From: Nitrospirota bacterium
GTDB taxonomy: Bacteria; Nitrospirota; Thermodesulfovibrionia; Thermodesulfovibrionales; Dissulfurispiraceae
Assembly: GCA_040754455.1 (NCBI GenBank)
Contig: JBFMCP010000001.1
Span: 96,001-160,000 of the forward strand
Length of the DNA: 64,000 nt
Direction of reading: 5' to 3'
In this document: in pieces, positions 17,932 through 26,536 of the stretch
Layout: every line of letters begins with the position of its first letter
Numbering within the stretch: position 1 is the stretch's first letter
Program-made: the position numbers and the translations under genes
The notes under the pieces: model-generated
Told to the model about the DNA's origin: nothing
The model's database searches: none
Seen by the model: the letters and a program-made list of their open reading frames with translations, nothing else

Positions 17932-18912
17932 ATGGCCTGGAATCCTTTAAACGATACCGAAATCCAAGTGGGAAAGCCTGTAAAAAGGACCTTGTGGCAG
18001 AAGATCAAAGATAGTCTCGAATACCTCTACGGCCAGCTGGCCCCTTCCGGAGCCGACAGCGGCGTGCCGAACGGCTCTTTCGAAGTAGACTCCGACAGCG
18101 ATGGCATCCCTGACCGGTGGACGCGCACCCTTTACGCAGGCGGTTCCGGATCATTCGAAACCGGCTCACCGGCCCACGGCGCAAAGGCATGGAAGTTCGT
18201 GCACCCCGGAGGAGTAGGCAACGGCGGAGGCTACCTGGACTCTGACTATATAGAGATATCCCAGCTCAAGACCTACGTGCTTGGATACACCACATGGGCC
18301 TCTGCAGCGGGTATGCGCAACTTGGTGCAGCTGCTCTATTACAACACTTCGAAGGTCTATCTCAGCACTACGACGCTCTATGATTCCCAGGCAAACCCTG
18401 CAACGCCGACCACATATCTTTCGCAGTATACCCCACCGGCGAATTCACGATTTATCAAGATACGACTCATCGGCGGCAACAGTGATGTGAATGTGGCCGG
18501 TACGGCGTATTTCGATGACATCAAGAATCAAGAGGCTGTGGCGACCGCGCATATGCTCAACAGCAGCGTGACCACTGCGAAGATCGCGGACAGCAACGTG
18601 ACCACTGCGAAGATCGCGGATGACAACGTGACGAATGCGAAGATGAGAAAGACGTTTTCAGAGAGTAATAGCGGATATATTTCTTCTGGAGCATATTGGT
18701 ATCCGACTGCCGGATACTATTCATGGTTTTATCCAGAGGGAACTGGATGGGAGTATGAGGTCTATGTTAGTGGTGCTGGTACTTGGAAGTATGGAGTTGC
18801 GTGTGATGCTTTTGCGGCTCAACTTTTCGGCTCTATGGTGGACGGAAGTAATTATAGGTTTCATAACACGAATATATCATCTCAGATAATAAGATATAGA
18901 AAATTAGATTAA
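17932..18912 (+). CDS. Tail fibre/receptor-binding protein with CBM-like domain
   Basis: NGSFE...PDRW...AYFDDI carbohydrate-binding pattern; VTTAKIAD repeats; aromatic-rich tip. Confidence 0.75.
   Translation: MAWNPLNDTEIQVGKPVKRTLWQKIKDSLEYLYGQLAPSGADSGVPNGSFEVDSDSDGIPDRWTRTLYAGGSGSFETGSPAHGAKAWKFVHPGGVGNGGGYLDSDYIEISQLKTYVLGYTTWASAAGMRNLVQLLYYNTSKVYLSTTTLYDSQANPATPTTYLSQYTPPANSRFIKIRLIGGNSDVNVAGTAYFDDIKNQEAVATAHMLNSSVTTAKIADSNVTTAKIADDNVTNAKMRKTFSESNSGYISSGAYWYPTAGYYSWFYPEGTGWEYEVYVSGAGTWKYGVACDAFAAQLFGSMVDGSNYRFHNTNISSQIIRYRKLD
18561..18645 (+). repeat. 30-bp tandem repeat x ~3 (SVTTAKIADS-type)
   Basis: cagcagcgtgaccactgcgaagatcgcgga / cagcaacgtgaccactgcgaagatcgcgga / tgacaacgtgacgaatgcgaagatg. 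Confidence 0.9.
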
Positions 18913-18928
18913 GGAGAAATGTAAGAGC

Positions 18929-19165
18929 ATGCTCAATTTGGCTGCAATAAAAGAGAAGTATAAGATCGATACAACACAGGAAGCCTTTCAGCAATTCCCG
19001 GCTGTTATGAACGGGCAGATACTTTTGGAGTCAAACGAACGGGGGACTGTCACCATTGACGAAGCGACGTTCGTCGCGATCTATGGGGACCCGCTGCATG
19101 ACTTTGTTGCCTCGGGCCATGAAAAGTATCGACAGAAGTTTATAGCCGAAGGGCTTGTCGTATAG
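18929..19165 (+). CDS. Hypothetical protein (possible fibre chaperone)
   Basis: 78-aa ORF directly after the fibre gene, AAGGAG upstream. Confidence 0.6.
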   Translation: MLNLAAIKEKYKIDTTQEAFQQFPAVMNGQILLESNERGTVTIDEATFVAIYGDPLHDFVASGHEKYRQKFIAEGLVV

Positions 19166-19193
19166 AGGAAGGAGCAGCAGCTATGAAGTGATG

Positions 19194-19340
19194 TATAATA
19201 ATGCCGTTCGGACGTGAGCAACTCCGCTAACCGGAGCGCTGGCTTAACCCGTAACCTTAATGCTTCGCAGGATAGTATCCAACTCCCTCGTTGGGAGACC
19301 TGGACAACCCGCCCGGCCATAGGTTTCGGGTTATTTTTTT
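19194..19340 (+). ncRNA. Candidate structured leader/sRNA with -10 box and terminator
   Basis: TATAAT at 19194-19199; hairpins 19222-19236 and 19283-19297; stem 19306-19332 followed by A-T7. Confidence 0.5.
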
Positions 19341-19353
19341 CGGGAGGCGGCAG

Positions 19354-19512
19354 ATGGCTGATACGGAGAAAACAAAGGCGTGGAAGAAAAAGCTCGCTGA
19401 GGTCCTGAAAGAGCATCCGGAAGTGGGACCAAAGTTCACCGGCAGGATAGAGGTCAACTTCAACGAAGGAGGAGTCACCAAGGTTTACATAAAGGACAAA
19501 GAATTGAAGTAA
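19354..19512 (+). CDS. 52-aa basic micro-protein, YezD/DUF2292-like
   Basis: GGAGG RBS; MADTEKTKAWKKKLAEVL...FTGRIEVNFNEGGVTKVYIKDKELK. Confidence 0.65.
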   Translation: MADTEKTKAWKKKLAEVLKEHPEVGPKFTGRIEVNFNEGGVTKVYIKDKELK

Positions 19513-19553
19513 GAGCGGACAGGTAATAACTCAGATTTTCGGAGAGCTATGAG

Positions 19554-19591
19554 GCCCGGAGCATGATAACTCTGGGCTTTTCTTTTTTTTT
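19554..19591 (+). terminator. Intrinsic terminator directly upstream of the methylase gene
   Basis: GCCCGGAG-catgataa-CTCTGGGC then a long T-rich tract. Confidence 0.75.
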
Positions 19592-19607
19592 GCAGGGAGG
19601 CTGTTAT

Positions 19608-20378
19608 ATGAATAGAAAGAGTTTCCTGTCGTACCTCGGCGGCAAATCACTGCTGGCCAATAAGATCATCCCACTTATCCCTTCTCATTAGTGCTACTGC
19701 GAGGTGTTCGCCGGGGCGGCCTGGCTATTATTCAAAAAGAACGAATCGGAGGTGGAGATCATCAATGACATCAACACAGATCTGGTGACGCTCTACCGGG
19801 TCGTCAAGCATCACCTCGACGAGTTCATCCGCTATTTCCGCTGGATACTTGTAGCCAGGGAAGAGTTTGAAAGATTCAAAGCGGAGAACCCTGGAACACT
19901 CACCGATATCCAGCGGGCCGTCAGGTTTTACTACCTGCTCAAGAACGGCTATACAGCGCGGGTCCGCAATCCCTCATTCGGCATAAATGCTACACGGCCG
20001 TCGAGCTTCAACCTCCTCCGGATCGAGGAGGACCTTTCAGCCGCGCATCTGAGACTTGCCAGGGTCTTCATCGAGAACCGCCCCTACCAAGCCCTCCTGG
20101 AGCGCTTTGACAAGCCGGGGACGTTCTTCTATATCGACCCTCCGTACTGGGGATGCGAGGACGACTATGGCAAGGGGATATTCTGCAGGGACGATTTCAA
20201 ACACCTGAAGACGATCCTGGAGAGGCTCCAGGGCAAGTTTATCCTGTCCTTAAACGATCGGAAAGAGGTCCGTGACCTGTTCAAAGGTTTCAAGATCCGT
20301 GAGGTCTCCACCTCCTACAGCGCAGCCGGAGGAAACAACCTGAAGCGGGTCACCGAGCTGCTGATCATGAACTATTGA
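19608..20378 (+). pseudogene. DNA adenine methyltransferase (D12/Dam family) with in-frame TAG at codon 28
   Basis: GGGAGG RBS; MNRKSFLSYLGGKSLLANKIIPLIPSH*CYCEVFAGAA...NDIN...YIDPPY; TAG at 19689-19691. Confidence 0.85.
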
Positions 20379-20438
20379 GAGGTTTTAGAAAGGGAATTTA
20401 GAAGCCGGTTAAACGGCCTCAAAAGGGCCGTTTCCGGC

Positions 20439-20482
20439 GATTTCTCATTTTGCCTGTTAAGATTTCTCATTTTGGCTGTTAA
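20439..20482 (+). repeat. Tandem 22-bp repeats, putative transposase-binding sites at the prophage right end
   Basis: GATTTCTCATTTTGCCTGTTAA / GATTTCTCATTTTGGCTGTTAA (1 mismatch). Confidence 0.8.
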
Positions 20483-20541
20483 GTTATAGCAAGCAATCCT
20501 TACAGTTCTCCTGACAGGAAAGCAGTACAGCAGAATAAGGC

Positions 20542-20633
20542 TACATATTTGTTGCAATTTACAAAATTGTAGTATATGCTCTGTCACTGTTTCCCTTTAA
20601 ATCAAGGACTTCACTCCTGGCACGTTTTTCGCT
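20542..20633 (+). promoter_or_regulatory. Sigma54 promoter with two upstream palindromic sites and an IHF-like site
   Basis: TGGCACGTTTTTCGCT at 20618-20633 (GG-N10-GC); TACATATTTGTT 20542; TACAAAATTGTA 20560; AATCAAGGACTT between the sites and the promoter. Confidence 0.78.
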
Positions 20634-20678
20634 TTCTTTTTTGTACAACCATGCACTATACACCTGACGAGGTGACTC

Positions 20679-20870
20679 ATGAGTACATTGAAGGACAAAG
20701 TGAAGGAGATGGAGCGTGAGGAGATTCTCCACGCACTCCGGGAGAGCGACTGGGTGATGGCGAAGGCGGCCCGAAAGCTTGGTATCACCGAACGGATGAT
20801 CGGCTACAAGATCAAGAAATACGGGATACGAAAGGAGGAAGACAGGGAGCCATCATTGAACAGCCACTGA
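20679..20870 (+). CDS. Stand-alone Fis-type HTH resembling the NifA C-terminal DNA-binding domain
   Basis: GAGGTG RBS; EREEILHALRESDWVMAKAARKLGITERMIGYKIKKYGI. Confidence 0.82.
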   Translation: MSTLKDKVKEMEREEILHALRESDWVMAKAARKLGITERMIGYKIKKYGIRKEEDREPSLNSH

Positions 20871-20947
20871 GCAGGAAATAAATAGATATTACTACAGAGC
20901 GGGCGTTGTCCGCGTAATGAATAATTACAAATTGGTTGGAGGAAGTT

Positions 20948-21853
20948 ATGAGAGTCATGAGGAATATTAGGAGTCTTATTGCAGTAATGGCGTTAGTGCT
21001 GGCAATTTTGGTAACCGGCCTGTATGCCGAGGAAGTGAAGAAGGTGGACGGCAAGGAAGTCCACGAGGTTGGTACCGAGAAAGGGGCGACCCTGGCGCAT
21101 ACGGTGGAGCCGGCAACAGCACCGGTATCAGGCAGCGCATCGGTGGGCATTTTCAATAGGTACATCTTCAGGGGCTATGAGCTGAGCAACAAGAGCATCG
21201 TGATCCAACCTGCTCTTTCGGTATCCTACAAGGGCTTCTCTGCTACACTCTGGAGCACTATCGACAGCGATGAGCATGCAACGCAGTCCTTTGCGCCTGA
21301 CAGACCGGGACAGAAGAGCTTCAATGAGACCGATCTCACGCTGAGCTGTACCTATGTTCTGGGCAAGCTCAGCCTCACCGGCGGTTACATCTACTACGGC
21401 ACCAAGTATGCGGATGAGACAGAGGAGCTGTTCGTCACTGCAAGCTATGATATGCTGCTGAAGCCTACGCTGTCGGTGTACCGTGACATCAATGAGTATC
21501 CCGGCACGTACATCAACCTCGCAATAGCCCACTCGTTGCCGGTCTATAAAGAGATCACCCTTGATCTGGGGGCATCGGCAGGATACTTTGTAGGAGACGG
21601 CAGCTACTGGAAGACCTTTGAGTCATCGACTGGTGATTACACGGGCAAGAAGTACAGCGCATTTCATGACGGCATGGTAAAGGCCGGTCTGACCATTCCT
21701 GTGGCAAAGAACATATCGGTGCAGCCCACCGTGCAGTACTGGTTCCCGCTTTCGAGCAAGGCGAAGAAGACAGTTGATGGGAACTCATACAATCGCAATG
21801 GAAAGCTCGATGAGACCTTTGTGTACGGCCTGGCGGCGACATTGAGCTTCTAA
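20948..21853 (+). CDS. Outer-membrane beta-barrel (TorF/TIGR02001-like putative porin)
   Basis: Signal peptide; NRYIFRG...QP; ETDLTL; C-terminal Phe. Confidence 0.72.
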   Translation: MRVMRNIRSLIAVMALVLAILVTGLYAEEVKKVDGKEVHEVGTEKGATLAHTVEPATAPVSGSASVGIFNRYIFRGYELSNKSIVIQPALSVSYKGFSATLWSTIDSDEHATQSFAPDRPGQKSFNETDLTLSCTYVLGKLSLTGGYIYYGTKYADETEELFVTASYDMLLKPTLSVYRDINEYPGTYINLAIAHSLPVYKEITLDLGASAGYFVGDGSYWKTFESSTGDYTGKKYSAFHDGMVKAGLTIPVAKNISVQPTVQYWFPLSSKAKKTVDGNSYNRNGKLDETFVYGLAATLSF

Positions 21854-21868
21854 ATAAAGGAGATAATT

Positions 21869-23233
21869 ATGAAACGGTTATTGAGCATATTACTCATACT
21901 AGGATTATTGGGAATCGCAGGAGTTGTGTTTGCAGAAGAGCAGGCACCAACTAACCCTCCTACCCCCGCCGTGGCTGCGGCTGAGCTGGCCCCCCCTGCT
22001 CAGCCCGCTCCGGCCCCCAAGCTGGACACCGGGGACACGGCATGGATGATTGTTGCTACAGCGCTGGTCATGCTGATGACCGTACCCGGACTGGCACTAT
22101 TCTACGGCGGCCTTTCGAAACGTAAAGATACCCTCAACACTATTGCCATGTCCTTTGTGACCTTCTGCATCGTGAGCGTTCTCTGGGTCCTCTATGGATT
22201 CACCTTCAGCTTCAGCGGTGATATCAGCGGCTTTATCGGCGATGGTGCAAAGCTTTTCCTTAAAGGCGTGGGGCCAAACAGCATCAACGACCTTGCCAAG
22301 ACCATACCCGAAAATATCTTCATCGTCTATCAGCTTACGTTTGCGGCAATCACGGTAGCGCTGGCGAGCGGTGCCTATATCGAGAGGATGAAGTTTTCGG
22401 CGTGGGTGCTCTTTTCAGTGCTCTGGATGACCTTTGCCTATGTCCCGGTGGCGCACTGGGTGTGGGGCGGCGGCTTCCTCGCCAAGCTCGGGGCTCTGGA
22501 CTTTGCAGGTGGTACGGTGGTGCATATCAACGCAGGTATTGCCGCACTGGTCGGCGCTCTCATGTTGGGCAAGAGACGTGAGCGTGCCCTTATTCCCAAT
22601 AACCTCACCCTGGTGGTCACGGGTGCAGGGCTGCTGTGGTTCGGCTGGTTCGGCTTTAACGCCGGTTCTGCCCTTGGAGCAAGCGGCCTTGCCGGAGCAG
22701 CGTTCATCAATACCAATACGGCAACCGCTATTGCAGCAGTAGCGTGGATGCTCGTGGAGTGGATGCACTCGAAGAAGCCGACCGTTTTGGGTCTTGCCTC
22801 CGGCGCGGTGGCTGGCCTCGTCGCCATCACCCCGGCTGCAGGATTTGTGAACATCAGCGGCGCCCTGATCATCGGCGCAGCAGCCGGTATTGTGTCCTTC
22901 TTCTCGGTAGCGGTAATGAAGTCCAAGCTCGGCTATGATGATACGCTCGATGCCTTCGGCATTCACGGCGTAGCAGGTACACTCGGAGCGATTCTCACCG
23001 GAGTATTTGCCGATCCGTCGGTGAACGAGCTGGGCAAGGGTCTGCTCTACGGCAATCCGGGACAGCTCATGACCCAGATTATTGCTGCCGGCGTAACCAT
23101 CGTCTATACCGGCGTGGTCACCTTCGTCATCTTCATGATCATCAAGGCAGTGGTCGGACTGAGGGTCGATGCAGAAGCCGAAATAGCGGGCCTCGATGAA
23201 AGTGAACACGGAGAAAAGGCGTACAATTTATAA
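21869..23233 (+). CDS. amtB: Ammonium transporter
   Basis: GDTAW, AHWVW, DFAGGTVVH, LWFGWFGFNAGS, DDTLDAFGIHG, EHGEKAY. Confidence 0.96.
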   Translation: MKRLLSILLILGLLGIAGVVFAEEQAPTNPPTPAVAAAELAPPAQPAPAPKLDTGDTAWMIVATALVMLMTVPGLALFYGGLSKRKDTLNTIAMSFVTFCIVSVLWVLYGFTFSFSGDISGFIGDGAKLFLKGVGPNSINDLAKTIPENIFIVYQLTFAAITVALASGAYIERMKFSAWVLFSVLWMTFAYVPVAHWVWGGGFLAKLGALDFAGGTVVHINAGIAALVGALMLGKRRERALIPNNLTLVVTGAGLLWFGWFGFNAGSALGASGLAGAAFINTNTATAIAAVAWMLVEWMHSKKPTVLGLASGAVAGLVAITPAAGFVNISGALIIGAAAGIVSFFSVAVMKSKLGYDDTLDAFGIHGVAGTLGAILTGVFADPSVNELGKGLLYGNPGQLMTQIIAAGVTIVYTGVVTFVIFMIIKAVVGLRVDAEAEIAGLDESEHGEKAYNL

Positions 23234-23240
23234 TCGTTAA

Positions 23241-23651
<411 letters not shown>

Positions 23652-23730
23652 CCCGTCTTACAAAAATGTAGCTCATACATAATTGTAGGGAACAATATAT
23701 CCTTTTGTTTTGTTAAACAAATACCCTCTT

Positions 23731-23772
23731 ACGGCGATGGGAAACTACAAAATTGTAGTTTCCCATCGCCGT
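23731..23772. terminator. Perfect 20-bp inverted repeat (terminator-like) centred on TACAAAATTGTA
   Basis: ACGGCGATGGGAAACTACAA-aa-TTGTAGTTTCCCATCGCCGT then TTCTTTTT. Confidence 0.75.
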
Positions 23773-23814
23773 TTCTTTTTGCATTTTCAATTTTAAATCA
23801 AAGAAGACCAGCAT

Positions 23815-23830
23815 TGGCATAGTTCTGGCT
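23815..23830 (+). promoter_or_regulatory. Sigma54 promoter of the second amtB
   Basis: TGGCATAGTTCTGGCT (GG-N10-GC); TACA-N4-TGTA sites at 23659, 23676 and 23746. Confidence 0.68.
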
Positions 23831-23869
23831 CTTTCTATGCTCACGCAAATCTCTGCCAAGGAGCCGCAT

Positions 23870-25171
23870 ATGAATATCAAAAACGTTGCAGTACTGGCTT
23901 CGCTAAGCATAATACTTACTCCTCTTCCGGCACACGCCGAGCAAGCTCATAAGATAGATGCCGGCGACACCGCCTTTGTCCTTATATCAGCAGCGCTGGT
24001 CATGCTTATGACCCCCGGCCTCGCCATGTTCTACGGCGGCATGGTGAGGAGGAAGAATGTCCTCGGTACGATTATGCAGAGTTTTGTCGCCATAGCAATC
24101 GTCAGTGTGCAGTGGGTCCTCTTCGGCTACAGTCTTTCGTTCGGCCCCGACATAAACGGCATTATCGGCAGTCTTGACTGGGCAGGGTTACGGGGCGTCG
24201 GCATTGAGCCGAACCCTGATTATGCGCCGACCGTTCCCCACATCGCCTTTATGATCTACCAGGCCATGTTCGCGGTCATCACGCCTGCCCTGATTACCGG
24301 TGCTTTTGCGGAACGTATGAAGTTCTCCGCTTTTTTCCTCTTCACGATTATCTGGACAACAATTGTCTATAACCCTGTTGCCCACTGGATATGGGGCACT
24401 GGGGGATGGCTCAAAAGCATGGGAGTGCTCGATTTCGCCGGCGGTATCGTTGTGCACGTTACCTCAGGCATCTCGGCCCTTGCCGCAGCGCTTATTATAG
24501 GGAGACGGAACGGCCACTCCCACGACTTTACCCCGCATAATCTCCCGATGACAGTCCTCGGCGCCGGTGTACTGTGGTTCGGCTGGTTCGGCTTCAACGC
24601 TGGCAGCGCCCTTTCTTCAGGGGCACTGAGCGCCATGACCTTTGTGGTAACCCATATATCCGCAGTAGGCGCAACACTAATCTGGATCATCATCGAGTGG
24701 GTCCACCGCGGAAAGCCCACCATGTTCGGCGCTGCCACCGGCTCGATCGCAGGACTCGCTACCATAACTCCTGCATCTGGATTTGTCGGCGCCATGTCCG
24801 CCTTGCTTATCGGACTTGCCGCCGGTTCGGTATGCTATATTGCGCTGAACCTCAAGGGTCACCTCGGCTATGATGATTCGCTCGATGCCTTCGGTGTCCA
24901 CGGCGTCGGCGGTATTCTCGGTACGCTGGCTACCGGACTTCTTGCCCAGAAACTGATTAATCCCGGGGGTGCAGACGGCCTGTTCTTCGGCAATGCACAT
25001 TTGTTTACCGCCCAGCTTATCGGCATAGCGGTCACCGCTCTCTATTCCTTCGTAGTAACCGCAGTTATCCTGAAAGTGCTCGATACGACGGTCGGGTTGA
25101 GGGTCGACGGTGAATCCGAAATCGTCGGGCTCGATATTACCCAGCACGGAGAGAGCGGCTACACGCTCTAA
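23870..25171 (+). CDS. amtB: Ammonium transporter (second paralog)
   Basis: AAGGAG RBS; GDTAF, AHWIW, DFAGGIVVH, WFGWFGFNAGS, DDSLDAFGVHG. Confidence 0.95.
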   Translation: MNIKNVAVLASLSIILTPLPAHAEQAHKIDAGDTAFVLISAALVMLMTPGLAMFYGGMVRRKNVLGTIMQSFVAIAIVSVQWVLFGYSLSFGPDINGIIGSLDWAGLRGVGIEPNPDYAPTVPHIAFMIYQAMFAVITPALITGAFAERMKFSAFFLFTIIWTTIVYNPVAHWIWGTGGWLKSMGVLDFAGGIVVHVTSGISALAAALIIGRRNGHSHDFTPHNLPMTVLGAGVLWFGWFGFNAGSALSSGALSAMTFVVTHISAVGATLIWIIIEWVHRGKPTMFGAATGSIAGLATITPASGFVGAMSALLIGLAAGSVCYIALNLKGHLGYDDSLDAFGVHGVGGILGTLATGLLAQKLINPGGADGLFFGNAHLFTAQLIGIAVTALYSFVVTAVILKVLDTTVGLRVDGESEIVGLDITQHGESGYTL

Positions 25172-25182
25172 GCACAAGGTGA

Positions 25183-25288
25183 TGCCCAAAAAATAGGCAC
25201 TGCCTGCCTCTCTTTTAGGCATATATACGGTGATGTTTAAAAAATTCCTTTGTGTTTCAACCACACCATTCCTGGTATGCCGTTTGCT
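25183..25288 (+). promoter_or_regulatory. Two NtrC-like 17-bp boxes and a sigma54 promoter for GATase-glnB-glnA
   Basis: TGCCCAAAAAATAGGCA 25183; TGCCTCTCTTTTAGGCA 25205; TGGTATGCCGTTTGCT 25273-25288. Confidence 0.7.
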
Positions 25289-25300
25289 ATTACTCTTTAT

Positions 25301-25996
25301 ATGTCTGTCCTTATATGTAAGAACATAAGCATCGAGGGGCCCGGTACTATCGAAGACTTTCTTAACGAAAACGGTATCCCCTCCACGATCGTGGATCTGT
25401 CTCGAGGAGAAGCTATCACCGACACGGACCGGTTTACCACGCTTGTCATGATGGGCGGCCCCATGAGCGTGAATGAGGACGACCGGTATCCCTACATCAA
25501 AAAAGAAGAAGAGCTGGTGCGGGATTTCGCAGCAAAAGACAAACGAATCCTCGGCATCTGTCTCGGGGCGCAGATCATGGCCAAGGCGTTTGGCTCGAAG
25601 GTCTACAAAGGTGCTGAAAAGGAGATCGGCTGGTACGATATAGAGCTCACCGAGGAGGGGATACGGGATGCGCTCATGAGAAAGCTCTCGATACATCCCC
25701 AGGCCGGGGATGTGTGGCGAAAGTTCAAAGTATTCCACTGGCACGGCGAGACGTTCGATATCCCTTCAGGTGCGGTAAGGCTCGCCGGTTCGGCGCTCTT
25801 CCCGAACCAGGCATTCAGATATGGGACAAAGGCCTATGCCTTCCAGTTTCACATCGAAGTAACAAAGGATATGGTGTATGATTGGCTTAAAGATGAAAAC
25901 ATCGACCTTACAAAATTGAAGACAGAGACCGAACGGCTCTATGACGTTTATCACGGCAGGGCGCAACAGTTTTACAGAGCGTTCTTTCAAAAATAA
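25301..25996 (+). CDS. Type 1 glutamine amidotransferase-like protein
   Basis: GGPMSVN, LGICLGAQ, WHGETF, FQFHIE (Cys-His-Glu triad). Confidence 0.9.
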   Translation: MSVLICKNISIEGPGTIEDFLNENGIPSTIVDLSRGEAITDTDRFTTLVMMGGPMSVNEDDRYPYIKKEEELVRDFAAKDKRILGICLGAQIMAKAFGSKVYKGAEKEIGWYDIELTEEGIRDALMRKLSIHPQAGDVWRKFKVFHWHGETFDIPSGAVRLAGSALFPNQAFRYGTKAYAFQFHIEVTKDMVYDWLKDENIDLTKLKTETERLYDVYHGRAQQFYRAFFQK

Positions 25997-26101
25997 TCTC
26001 TAAACCCGAAGCACTAAATCCCAAACAGGATAAGAGCCAAATGTATTTAGGATTTAGATATTAGGATTTCGAATTTGATGATTCTGATGATGAGGAGGTG
26101 A

Positions 26102-26443
<342 letters not shown>

Positions 26444-26536
26444 CTAACGACAAGGAAGAAGGGAGAAGTGAAGCAAGTTGCGAGTTCCTACTTCATATTT
26501 CCCGCTTCCAACTTAATTTAAATCAGGAGGAAAGGT

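Larger units (their letters stand above)
1..20488. mobile_element. Mu-like transposable prophage, right-hand (late/morphogenesis) part; left end lies outside the window
   Basis: Mu gp27/28/29-, gpI-, gp36- and gp37-like genes, a terminal DNA methylase, tandem 22-bp repeats at 20439-20482, then an abrupt switch to host nitrogen genes. No sheath gene seen. Confidence 0.92.

Noticed and set aside
19205..19300. Amber-suppressor tRNA, HDV-like ribozyme or known riboswitch next to the TAG-containing methylase
   Set aside because: No cloverleaf or T-loop, and the CTAAC loop is not a valid anticodon loop. I could not build the HDV nested pseudoknot. SAM and c-di-AMP consensus sequences match only in fragments.
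8820..19340. Diversity-generating retroelement or invertible tail-fibre cassette
   Set aside because: No reverse transcriptase, template/variable repeat pair or invertase is visible in the window.
19214..19408. 64-aa ORF across the structured leader
   Set aside because: No RBS, it crosses a terminator and overlaps the better-supported ORF at 19354.
20439..20482. CRISPR array
   Set aside because: Only two abutting repeats with no spacers; no cas genes in the window.
1..20488. Genome-wide TAG recoding in the prophage
   Set aside because: Only one gene is interrupted, and other genes use TAG as a normal stop.
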